Origin: Bacteroidota bacterium
GTDB lineage: Bacteria > Bacteroidota > Bacteroidia > UKL13-3
Assembly: GCA_027491355.1 (NCBI GenBank)
Contig: JAIXWI010000015.1
Location: 34,588 to 98,587 of the forward strand
Direction: 5' to 3'
Length of the DNA: 64,000 bases
Below the pieces are notes generated by a model. That model did no database searches. It had not been told where the DNA came from and saw nothing but the letters and a program-made list of their open reading frames with translations. Both the position numbers and the translations under genes were made by a program. Each line of letters starts with the position of its first letter. The first letter of the stretch is position 1. Below, one piece after another: positions 41,174-50,120 of the stretch.

Positions 41174-42295
41174 ATGAAATTTATAGTAAACAGCAGTGTA
41201 TTGTTAAGACATTTGTCTTATGTTGATGGTGTAATTGTTGCAAAACCGATTATTCCTATTTTGAACAATTTCTTGTTTGATATCAAAGGGGGTGTATTGC
41301 ATATTTCTGCTACCGACTTGGAAACAACCATGAGTACCAGTATCAAGGTAGATGCAAAAGAAGATGTTTCAATAGCAATCCCATCGAAAACAACCATGGA
41401 ATTGTTAAAATCCTTGCCAGACCAACCATTGGCATTTTCTATCAATTTAGAAAAAGGATTTGTTGAAATTAAATACGAATCTGGTCGTTTCAAATTAACA
41501 GCACAAAGGGGTGAGGAGTTTCCAAAATCACCTGAAATTGAAGCTGCTAACCAATTTAAAATACCTTCAAAAGTATTGCACAAAGGCATTGTTAAATCAA
41601 TTTTTGCTAGCAGCAATGATGAATTGAGAATTAACCTCACAGGAGTTTATTTCCAATTGTCTAACAACAATATCACTTTTGTGGCAACTGACGCAAACAG
41701 ATTGGTAAGAATTTCTAGAAACGACATCAAACCAGGTGTGGAAGAGTCTTTTATATTACCTAAAAAGGCACTGAATTTGCTCAAATCAGCCTTACCTTTA
41801 GATGAGACTGAGGTACAAATTAACTTCAACCGTTCAAATGCATTTTTTCAGTTTGGTGAAGTCAGCATGATTTGCCGTTTAATTGATGAAAAATACCCTG
41901 ATTACAAAGCCGTTATTCCTACAGATAACCCAAATAAGTTAACCATAGACCGTGCTGAATTTTTAATGTCAGTAAAACGCGTTTCAATTACTTCAAACAA
42001 AACTACTCATCAAATTCGTATCAAACTTGCAGGAAGCGAATTGACAATTAGTGCAGAGGACATCGATTACGAAAACGAAGCACAAGAGAAATTAACTTGT
42101 AGCTACGAAGGAGCTGACATGGAAATTGGATTCAATTCAAAGTATTTATTAGAAATGCTCAATTCAATGGATGCACCTCAAGTAACCCTTGAAATGTCAC
42201 AACCAAACAGAGCTGGTGTTATTGTTCCAGCAAACCAAGAGCAAGATGAAGAAATGCTCATGTTAATCATGCCAATGATGTTGAATAACTACTAA
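41174..42295 (+). CDS. dnaN: DNA polymerase III beta subunit (sliding clamp)
   Basis: 373 aa with a three-domain clamp pattern (MKFIVNSSVLLRHL...). Confidence 0.9.
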   Translation: MKFIVNSSVLLRHLSYVDGVIVAKPIIPILNNFLFDIKGGVLHISATDLETTMSTSIKVDAKEDVSIAIPSKTTMELLKSLPDQPLAFSINLEKGFVEIKYESGRFKLTAQRGEEFPKSPEIEAANQFKIPSKVLHKGIVKSIFASSNDELRINLTGVYFQLSNNNITFVATDANRLVRISRNDIKPGVEESFILPKKALNLLKSALPLDETEVQINFNRSNAFFQFGEVSMICRLIDEKYPDYKAVIPTDNPNKLTIDRAEFLMSVKRVSITSNKTTHQIRIKLAGSELTISAEDIDYENEAQEKLTCSYEGADMEIGFNSKYLLEMLNSMDAPQVTLEMSQPNRAGVIVPANQEQDEEMLMLIMPMMLNNY

Positions 42296-42326
42296 TACTT
42301 TCTGTTAACACGTATCAAAGCTTACA

Positions 42327-43037
42327 TTATTTCTTGAATAACTTACTAATTTTTTCATGTAATAGTTTGTGCACCTGTACGGGATCAAAATAATAACTGA
42401 TACCAACGCTATGATTCAAAAATTGATCGTATCCATAGTGTTCTAAATTGGGCTTACCTTCTGCTTTGTCATTGTTTGTGATACCGTAAACGGATTGAAC
42501 CGTAAGTGTGAGGTGAGGTATCATATTAATTTTAAAACCAAGTCCTGCTAATAAATTGAATTCGTTTTGATGATTTTCATCAAAATCGTGGTTGTGATGA
42601 AGATGAATTGAATCTATTCTGCTCATACTTCTGGCGCCAATGCCAACAGACAAATATGGTTGTACCTTTTTAAAACGGTTACCGAACACTTTGTACCTCA
42701 GACTCAAGTCTGAAGAAATGAAACGGGTATTGAAGTTTTTATCTTCAGCCAAATAATACCCCCATTCACCATAATTCATTGACAAAGCTAAATCAACCCT
42801 AGGATTCAAATACATATACAAAGACATGCCTACAAAACCAGGATTAGAAGTCTTAGAAGTACCTGTAACTGGCCTTGATTTAAATGAAAATTGACCAAAT
42901 CCATTTCCTAAATCTCCAGTATATTCTGAAAGTCCTGTCTGAAATCCAATAGCTAATTTTTTTTCTTCAGTTTGGGCATTGACTGTTAAAAAGGCAAAAC
43001 CAGTGAATGCAATTAATCCTAATTTTTTAAAATTCAT
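42327..43037 (-). CDS. outer-membrane beta-barrel protein (OmpA-N-like/porin family)
   Basis: Signal peptide, alternating amphipathic strands and a C-terminal aromatic residue. Confidence 0.5.
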   Translation of the reverse strand: MNFKKLGLIAFTGFAFLTVNAQTEEKKLAIGFQTGLSEYTGDLGNGFGQFSFKSRPVTGTSKTSNPGFVGMSLYMYLNPRVDLALSMNYGEWGYYLAEDKNFNTRFISSDLSLRYKVFGNRFKKVQPYLSVGIGARSMSRIDSIHLHHNHDFDENHQNEFNLLAGLGFKINMIPHLTLTVQSVYGITNNDKAEGKPNLEHYGYDQFLNHSVGISYYFDPVQVHKLLHEKISKLFKK

Positions 43038-43054
43038 ATGTATTCGTTTAGTCC

Positions 43055-43076
43055 CTCTAAAATAGCTATTTTAGAG
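43055..43076. promoter_or_regulatory. 22-bp perfect palindrome upstream of the OMP beta-barrel gene
   Basis: ctctaaaatagctattttagag, 18 nt upstream of the start codon at 43037 (minus strand). Confidence 0.25.
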
Positions 43077-43163
43077 CTAAATTCAAGTATTTGAATCAAA
43101 TTAAAAAGTATGTAAGCAATTGTATGCATTTTCGTTAAGTTTGAAAATAGAAGCAGCATTTAC

Positions 43164-43922
43164 ATGAAAATAGGCATCATAGGCAGCGGTAAACTAGCAA
43201 GAGTAATTGCAACAGCATGCATTCAAGAAAAAATGCAATTGAATTTTGTATACAGTAAAACAAAAAGCCGTGCTTTAAAATTTGCGCAACAATTTAACAC
43301 TCAGCACATAGAACACATTGAAGACATCCCCAAAAATCTTGATTGTTATTTTATTTGTGTAAACGACGACTCAATCCTAGCAGTTGCTAAATCAATACAA
43401 GTCAATGGGCTCGTCATTCATTTTTCGGGATCTCAATCAATAGATTTATTGAATATACATGCCCAATACGGTGTTATATGGCCAATTCAGAGCTTTAGCA
43501 ACGGCACCTTTAACTCCTTAAAAGAAATACCTGTTTTAATTGAGGCCAATTCATTGACTTCAGAAATGGAATTAAGAAAAATTGCAAACAAGCTCTCAAA
43601 TACAGTACTAGTTGTTAGCGAAAATGAAAGAAAACTGTACCATCTTGCCGCAACTTTTGTAAATAATTTTAGCAACCATCTGTATACCAATGCAGCTAAG
43701 TTACTTCAAAACAATAATTTAAATTTTGAGTTAATGCTTCCTATTTTAAAGGAAACCGTGAGAAAAATTGAAACATTACCACCATTTGAAACACAAACTG
43801 GGCCTGCTATTAGGCATGATCAACAAACAATTCAGACGCATTTGGATCTCTTAAAAGATGAACCAAACGCAAAAGAAATTTATCAAGTTATGACGCTTTC
43901 AATTCAAAATATACATGGCTAA
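43164..43922 (+). CDS. Rossmann-fold NAD(P)-binding protein (DUF2520-like)
   Basis: The N-terminus MKIGIIGSGKLARVIA carries a GxGxxG motif. Confidence 0.4.
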   Translation: MKIGIIGSGKLARVIATACIQEKMQLNFVYSKTKSRALKFAQQFNTQHIEHIEDIPKNLDCYFICVNDDSILAVAKSIQVNGLVIHFSGSQSIDLLNIHAQYGVIWPIQSFSNGTFNSLKEIPVLIEANSLTSEMELRKIANKLSNTVLVVSENERKLYHLAATFVNNFSNHLYTNAAKLLQNNNLNFELMLPILKETVRKIETLPPFETQTGPAIRHDQQTIQTHLDLLKDEPNAKEIYQVMTLSIQNIHG

Positions 43923-45183
43923 AATTAAACAACTATGCTTTCTTTTGGCACTTATTATTATGTCTAAACATACATTGGCAAGCCGTATTTTGATACCAAT
44001 GGATGAACAACAAAATAACCATTTAAAAGCCTACGGATTAACTTATTGGGTACTCAAAAACGGGGAAGAAGCAAATTGGTTGCTCAATTACAGAGGCGGA
44101 AGTTTTATGTTGCCTTATAAACAAGAATTTGAAAGTGAATGCAGAATTAGAAGTATTAAATACGAAGTTATCAGTGAAGGCCAAGTATCAGATATTCTGT
44201 TAAACATAGCCAAACCTGATGTAAACATGGAATTGGTAAAACTTTTAAAAGCCCCCAAAATAGCTGTCTATTCACCCAAAACAAAACAACCTTGGGATGA
44301 TGCAGTTACAATGGTTTTAACATACGCTGAAATTCCCTATGATGTTGTTTTTGATGATGAAGTATTAACAGGTAAATTACCTACCTACGATTGGTTGCAT
44401 TTGCACCACGAAGATTTTACGGGTCAATATGGCAAATTTTACAGTCAATTTGCGCAAGCAGCTTGGTACAAAGCTGAGGTTAAAGAAAATGAAAATACTG
44501 CGGCAAAACATGGATTTGGAAAAGTTTCAGAAATGAAATTAACTGTAGCCAAAAAAATAAGGGATTTTGTATTTGGTGGCGGTTTTTTATTTGCTATGTG
44601 TAGCGCTACAGATACCTATGATATTGCCCTGGCAGCAGATGGAATAGACATTTGTGAGCGTGTTTTTGACGGTGACCCTGCAGACCCAATGGCGGATCAA
44701 AAACTAGATTTTTCGAAAGGATTAGCTTTCAAAGATTACCGCTTGTATTTAGATCCGTATACTTATGAACACAGTTACATAGATGCTATGCAAGGAACAA
44801 GGGCTGTTTCAGAGCAAAATGATGTTTTTTCGTTGTTTGATTTCTCTGCCAAATGGGACGTAGTTCCTACTATGCTTGTTCAAAACCATACTTCAACTAT
44901 CAAAGGTTTTTGGGGGCAAACTACAGCTTTCAGAAAACAATTCATTAAAAGTGAAGTCAGCATTTTGGGTGAGAATAAAACGCTAGGGGAGGCAAAATAC
45001 ATTCATGGAAATTCAGGAAAAGGAACCTGGACTTTTTACGGCGGACATGACCCCGAGGACTATCAGCACCAAGTAGGAGAACCACCTACAGATCTTAACC
45101 TGCATCCAAACTCACCTGGATACCGCTTAATATTAAACAATATATTGTTTCCAAGTGCACAGAAAAAGAAACTAAAAACTTAA
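43915..45183 (+). CDS. secreted hypothetical protein (~420 aa; Bacteroidota family sometimes mislabelled 'asparagine synthetase B')
   Basis: Signal peptide. The sequence FGGGFLFAMCSATDTY has a Cys in a GATase1/DJ-1-like context. It overlaps the upstream gene by 8 nt. Confidence 0.3.
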   Translation: MAKIKQLCFLLALIIMSKHTLASRILIPMDEQQNNHLKAYGLTYWVLKNGEEANWLLNYRGGSFMLPYKQEFESECRIRSIKYEVISEGQVSDILLNIAKPDVNMELVKLLKAPKIAVYSPKTKQPWDDAVTMVLTYAEIPYDVVFDDEVLTGKLPTYDWLHLHHEDFTGQYGKFYSQFAQAAWYKAEVKENENTAAKHGFGKVSEMKLTVAKKIRDFVFGGGFLFAMCSATDTYDIALAADGIDICERVFDGDPADPMADQKLDFSKGLAFKDYRLYLDPYTYEHSYIDAMQGTRAVSEQNDVFSLFDFSAKWDVVPTMLVQNHTSTIKGFWGQTTAFRKQFIKSEVSILGENKTLGEAKYIHGNSGKGTWTFYGGHDPEDYQHQVGEPPTDLNLHPNSPGYRLILNNILFPSAQKKKLKT

Positions 45184-45947
45184 TTGCTCATAATAGTTTG
45201 ATGAATCTTGTCCCATAATTTTATTCTATGATTCAAGGCCATCTCAGCGGCTATCTTTACTTCATTCCACTTCACACTGTCTTCTCCACACAATGAAGCA
45301 GTCATTTCTATTGCAAGGTTTGAGTGGTGAGAACCATCTACTTCTATATGCCTTTCCAAGTAGTAAATAAATTGGTCGAATTTGCCTTGAAATTGTTGGT
45401 TCAATTCTTTCACCATGGCTATAAACATTCCCGGAATTAAATCTTCTCTTCCGAAGGTAAAAACACCTGCTTTAATGTGAGTAGGGGCTGTAAAAGCTGT
45501 TGTTAAAGTATTGTTTACAAATGGGAATACCGCTTTTGGCAATTGTAATTCCAATTGATTGAAATCAAACTCAGATTTTCCAATCAAATCAACAAATGAA
45601 GTTATAACAGAAGTATTGGCTTGAACTGCTTGCATAGCGGCTAAATACATTTCAAAATGGCTCGACCTTTTACCTTCCAAATTCAAATCGCTTTCCTCAC
45701 CACATACAATTTCGTTGATTAAAAATCTTGTATTTGCTGTACCTACAGGTCTCCAAGGCAATTGAACGCAAGTTAAATCTAGCTGAAGTGATTTGAGTAA
45801 ACTCATAAAATCCCAAACAGCAAAAACATGGTGTTCCATAAAAATTTGAACATGTTCCATGGTTTTGATGGAGCCATATAGTTTGTGCGTGAATAATTTT
45901 TCTCTTAAAGGAGCTAACTGTAAATTGATGTCTTGTATTGGATTCAT
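45180..45947 (-). CDS. DUF3050 (heme-oxygenase-like fold) protein
   Basis: HHVFAVWDFMSLLKSLQ..LPW matches my recollection of DUF3050. Confidence 0.5.
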   Translation of the reverse strand: MNPIQDINLQLAPLREKLFTHKLYGSIKTMEHVQIFMEHHVFAVWDFMSLLKSLQLDLTCVQLPWRPVGTANTRFLINEIVCGEESDLNLEGKRSSHFEMYLAAMQAVQANTSVITSFVDLIGKSEFDFNQLELQLPKAVFPFVNNTLTTAFTAPTHIKAGVFTFGREDLIPGMFIAMVKELNQQFQGKFDQFIYYLERHIEVDGSHHSNLAIEMTASLCGEDSVKWNEVKIAAEMALNHRIKLWDKIHQTIMSN

Positions 45948-45978
45948 TTCTTTTAAACAATTAAATCATGAATTGTTT

Positions 45979-47316
45979 TTACCTGTTGAATACTAAACGC
46001 ATGCCAACTTTTTCTGATTGAATAGTATGGTTTGCATAAACCAAATTACCACTAACAATGGTATGGGTTATTTGAGCAGGAAAAGTATGCCCTTCAAAAG
46101 GACTCCATTTGCATTTAGAATAAAGTTCATCTTTGATAACCTTTGTGTATATACCAGGGTTTAAAATTGTTAGGTCAGCATAATAACCCTCTCTAATAAA
46201 ACCACGTCTGTCAATTTCAAAAAGCATGGCAACATGATGTGCCATTTTCTCTACTATTTTTTCTAAACTAATTTTACCTTGAGTAAACAACTCATACATC
46301 GTTAAATAACTGTGTTGGATCAATGGTCCGCCACTTGGACATTGAAAATAATTCCGCGCTTTTTCCTCTAATGTGTGAGGTGCATGATCTGTTGCAATGA
46401 CATCAATTTTGTTATCAACAATTGCTTGTAAGATAGCATTGGAATCAGTTTTCGTTTTGATGGCAGGATTCCATTTAATAAGGCTACCAAGCTTATCGTA
46501 ATCTGAATCATTGAACCACAAATGATGTATACAAGCCTCAGCTGTTATTTTCTTCTGCATAAGTGGCAGTGCATTGCTAAACAATTCCAGTTCTTTAGCA
46601 GTACTGATATGAAGTACGTGTAAACGTGTACCAAATTTTTTTGCCATATCAACTGCAAACGAAGAAGACGCATAACATGCAGCTTCACTTCTAATCAATG
46701 GATGGTATTTAACTGGAATTGCTTCTCCAAATTCTGCTTTATATCTTTTAGCATTTTCAGCTATAATGTGGTCATCTTCACAATGTGTCGCAATCAAGCT
46801 TCCGCATTGGCTAAAGATGGCTTCTATTGCTTTAGGGTCTTCAACAAGCATATCGCCCGTACTCGAACCCATGAATATTTTTACCCCACAAATTTCGCGG
46901 TCATTTACCCTCAAAATTTCTTCTAAATTATGAGCAGTTGCACCCATATAAAAACTATAATTGGCTGCAGAAACCTGAGCTGCTCTTTGGTATTTTTCCT
47001 CTAATAATGACAAGGTAGTTGCTGGTGGTAACGTGTTGGGCATTTCCATGAAAGTTGTTATACCTCCGGCTACAGCTGCTCTAGATTCAGTATAGATATC
47101 TGCTTTGTGTGTTAATCCTGGCTCTCTAAAGTGGACTTGGTCGTCAATTGCGCCAGGTAATATAAAGGCACCCTCGGCATCTATAACAGTGTCTGCAGGC
47201 ATGGAAATTCCTTGTTTTTCAATTTTTTCTATAAACGCCCCTTTGATCAAGACATCCGCAAAATACTGTTCACCTTCATTAACCAATTTGGCATTTTTGA
47301 TTAAAATTCTATTCAT
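45979..47316 (-). CDS. pyrC: dihydroorotase (cyclic amidohydrolase)
   Basis: 445 aa with DDQVHFREPG (metal-binding HxH) and DHAPH. Confidence 0.7.
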   Translation of the reverse strand: MNRILIKNAKLVNEGEQYFADVLIKGAFIEKIEKQGISMPADTVIDAEGAFILPGAIDDQVHFREPGLTHKADIYTESRAAVAGGITTFMEMPNTLPPATTLSLLEEKYQRAAQVSAANYSFYMGATAHNLEEILRVNDREICGVKIFMGSSTGDMLVEDPKAIEAIFSQCGSLIATHCEDDHIIAENAKRYKAEFGEAIPVKYHPLIRSEAACYASSSFAVDMAKKFGTRLHVLHISTAKELELFSNALPLMQKKITAEACIHHLWFNDSDYDKLGSLIKWNPAIKTKTDSNAILQAIVDNKIDVIATDHAPHTLEEKARNYFQCPSGGPLIQHSYLTMYELFTQGKISLEKIVEKMAHHVAMLFEIDRRGFIREGYYADLTILNPGIYTKVIKDELYSKCKWSPFEGHTFPAQITHTIVSGNLVYANHTIQSEKVGMRLVFNR

Positions 47317-47373
47317 TCTACAAAGGTAGTAAACAAGCCTATCTTAAGCATATAAAAATGTATATTTGTACCG

Positions 47374-48579
47374 ATGAAAAAAATTGATTTCACCATAATT
47401 GGAGCAGGCATAGTTGGACTTTCAACTGCCTATCAACTGCTTCGTAAAAATCCTTTACTTAAAATTTTAATTCTTGAAAAAGAAAATGAGGTAGCCAAAC
47501 ACCAAACTGGTCATAATAGCGGTGTCATTCATTCTGGAATATACTACAAACCAGGTAGTTTAAAGGCTCAAAATTGCATCAATGGGTACAAATCATTGAT
47601 TGAATTTTGTGATACTTATGAAATTCCTTACGAATTGTGCGGTAAGATTATTGTTGCAACCAACAAGAATGAAATTCCTGAACTAAATAAATTATACCAA
47701 AGGGGCCTTGAAAACGGTTTAAACAAGATTAAACTACTCAATCAAGAACAAACAAAAGCAATTGAACCCAATGTCAATGCAGTTCAATCAATACAAGTTC
47801 CTTACACCGGTATTATCAGTTACATTGAGGTTTGTAAAAAACTTCAGCAAATCATATCAGAACTTGGTTGTGAAGTTAGGTTCAATGAAAAAGTGAATAA
47901 AATTGAAGAAAAAGGACATTTGGTTTACATTCATACTGATTCAGGATATTTTGAGACCAAACAATACATCAATTGTGCAGGATTGTATAGCGATAAGGTT
48001 GCTCAATTAACCAGCCCGCAATTAGACACAAGAATTATCCCATTCAGAGGAGAATATTACCTCATCCGACCTGAAAAACAAGGTTTGGTAAAACATCTAA
48101 TTTACCCTGTTCCAGACCCAAACTTTCCATTTTTAGGAGTACATTTTACACGCATGATCAACGGTCACATAGAGGCCGGACCTAATGCTGTATTTGCATT
48201 TCAAAGAGAAGGTTATGAAATGTCCGATGTAAATGCCAAAGAAATGTTTGAATCTTTGAGTTGGCCAGGTTTTCAATTGGTAATGAAGAAATATTGGAAA
48301 ACCGGAATGGGTGAATTTTACAGAAGTTTCTCTAAAGCGGCATTTGCTCATGCATTACAAAAACTAATTCCTGCAATCAATGAAGATGATTTGATGCCTG
48401 CTGGGTCAGGAGTAAGAGCGCAAGCATGCGACAGAATGGGTGGTTTGTTGGATGATTTCAAAATTGTTGAACAAAATAGGGGCATTCACCTTTTAAATGC
48501 CCCTTCTCCAGCAGCTACATCAGGACTTTCAATTGGTAATACAATTGCTAACTTGGCATTAAACAGAACACAATGGTAA
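47374..48579 (+). CDS. lhgO: L-2-hydroxyglutarate oxidase (FAD-dependent)
   Basis: FTIIGAGIVGLSTAY is an FAD-binding GxGxxG motif. 401 aa with LhgO-like length and pattern. Confidence 0.65.
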   Translation: MKKIDFTIIGAGIVGLSTAYQLLRKNPLLKILILEKENEVAKHQTGHNSGVIHSGIYYKPGSLKAQNCINGYKSLIEFCDTYEIPYELCGKIIVATNKNEIPELNKLYQRGLENGLNKIKLLNQEQTKAIEPNVNAVQSIQVPYTGIISYIEVCKKLQQIISELGCEVRFNEKVNKIEEKGHLVYIHTDSGYFETKQYINCAGLYSDKVAQLTSPQLDTRIIPFRGEYYLIRPEKQGLVKHLIYPVPDPNFPFLGVHFTRMINGHIEAGPNAVFAFQREGYEMSDVNAKEMFESLSWPGFQLVMKKYWKTGMGEFYRSFSKAAFAHALQKLIPAINEDDLMPAGSGVRAQACDRMGGLLDDFKIVEQNRGIHLLNAPSPAATSGLSIGNTIANLALNRTQW

Positions 48580-48983
48580 GTGCATCAACTCAAATAAGGG
48601 TTAGGTATGCCGAAACTGATCAAATGGGGTATGTCTATTACGGAAATTATGCACAGTATTTTGAAGTTGCTAGGGTTGAGCTACTCAGAAATTTAGGCAT
48701 GAGTTACAAAGGTTTGGAAGATTCTGGGATCATGATGCCAGTAATCAGTATGAGTTCAAAATACATCAAACCAGCCAAATATGACGACCTTTTGACCATT
48801 ATAACAAGTATCAAAGAAAAACCTCAAATCAGGTGTAGATTTGATTACGAAATTTTCAATGGTGCAGGAGAACTCATACACCAAGGAGAAACCACTCTTG
48901 TATTTGTTAACATGCAAACAAATAAGCCCATACTTTATCCTGATCAAATTGCAGTAAAATTTGACCCTTTTTTTAATTTGTAA
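48573..48983 (+). CDS. acyl-CoA thioesterase (YbgC/4HBT hotdog)
   Basis: RVRYAETDQMGYVYYGNY. Confidence 0.7.
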   Translation: MVSASTQIRVRYAETDQMGYVYYGNYAQYFEVARVELLRNLGMSYKGLEDSGIMMPVISMSSKYIKPAKYDDLLTIITSIKEKPQIRCRFDYEIFNGAGELIHQGETTLVFVNMQTNKPILYPDQIAVKFDPFFNL

Positions 48984-48985
48984 GC

Positions 48986-49972
48986 TTGAAACAACCAGCC
49001 AATATATTCAACAAACCACTTAAATGGTTTTATAAAACATTCTCAAGTATTACCATGCCCGGTATTCAAGGTGTCAGTATTTTTGCTGTTTTTGAATTTT
49101 TTATTCGAAAAATAAGTAACAGCGACCTCAATACCAGAGCATCTGCATTGTCTTTTACTTTTTTTTTAGCATTGTTTCCTACCACTATCTTTTTCTTTAC
49201 TTTAATAGCCTATCTACCTCTAAATTATTCACACGATGATATTCTGTTTTTTATACAAGAGGCTATTCCAAAAAATGTATATGAAACCATCAAAGAAACA
49301 CTTGAAGACATCCTGAAAAACCAAAGAGGAGGCTTGCTTTCAATTGGTTTTTTATCAGCTATTTACTTCTCTACCAACGGCTTTCACAGTTTAATGGTAC
49401 AATTAAATAAATTCAGCCATTCTAAAGAAACACGTAGTTTTTGGAGACAAAGGATGGTTGCAATTTTACTTGCCATCATCATTACTTTACTAATTATTCT
49501 ATCGGTTTTAACACTGACAGGTGGTACCATCATCATCAGTTACTTAGAAAAAGTAAAATACTTCCCATCTAAAGTAGTTCCATTCATGCTATCGAGCTTT
49601 AACTTGTTAATTGTATGGTTTATTGTCATTGGAATAGTTGGTTCCATCTATTTTTTTGCTCCGGCCAAACAACGCAAATGGCGCTTTTTTTCAGCTGGTG
49701 CTGTATTTGCAAGTATCGTAATTTTACTAACCACCTATGGGTTTTCTCAATATGTTAACCATTTTAACTCGTACAACAAAGTATACGGCTCCATTGGGGT
49801 TTTGATTGTGATCATGATGTTGATTTACATCAACACCTTTATTTTGTTACTGGGTTATGAATTCAACATTGCATTACTGATGGCAAAAGAGCAGGAAGAC
49901 AAAAACAAAGCCAGAAAGAACAAAGAAAATAAAATCATTTACTTGGCAACAGAAGCTCAAAAACCAAATTAA
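48986..49972 (+). CDS. YihY/BrkB-family membrane protein
   Basis: 328 aa with 6 TM helices, and a SALSFTFFLALFP motif. Confidence 0.65.
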   Translation: MKQPANIFNKPLKWFYKTFSSITMPGIQGVSIFAVFEFFIRKISNSDLNTRASALSFTFFLALFPTTIFFFTLIAYLPLNYSHDDILFFIQEAIPKNVYETIKETLEDILKNQRGGLLSIGFLSAIYFSTNGFHSLMVQLNKFSHSKETRSFWRQRMVAILLAIIITLLIILSVLTLTGGTIIISYLEKVKYFPSKVVPFMLSSFNLLIVWFIVIGIVGSIYFFAPAKQRKWRFFSAGAVFASIVILLTTYGFSQYVNHFNSYNKVYGSIGVLIVIMMLIYINTFILLLGYEFNIALLMAKEQEDKNKARKNKENKIIYLATEAQKPN

Positions 49973-50120
49973 TTAGCAAACAATTGTTGTTCGTAAAAAA
50001 ATTAAATAGTTTTTTTAAAAAAAATGGCACAGGTGTACATTTTAAGCTAAATAACATAGAAATTGTGGATTACAGCAGCAAATTAAAAGTTAGTTTCGCT
50101 GTTTGAGATAGCGAAGGCAG

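Noticed and set aside
41034-42295. dnaN region as the replication origin
   Set aside because: There is no dnaA gene adjacent, and no obvious DnaA-box clusters (TTATCCACA-like) appear in the 41034-41173 intergenic region. Bacteroidota often have dnaN unlinked from oriC.
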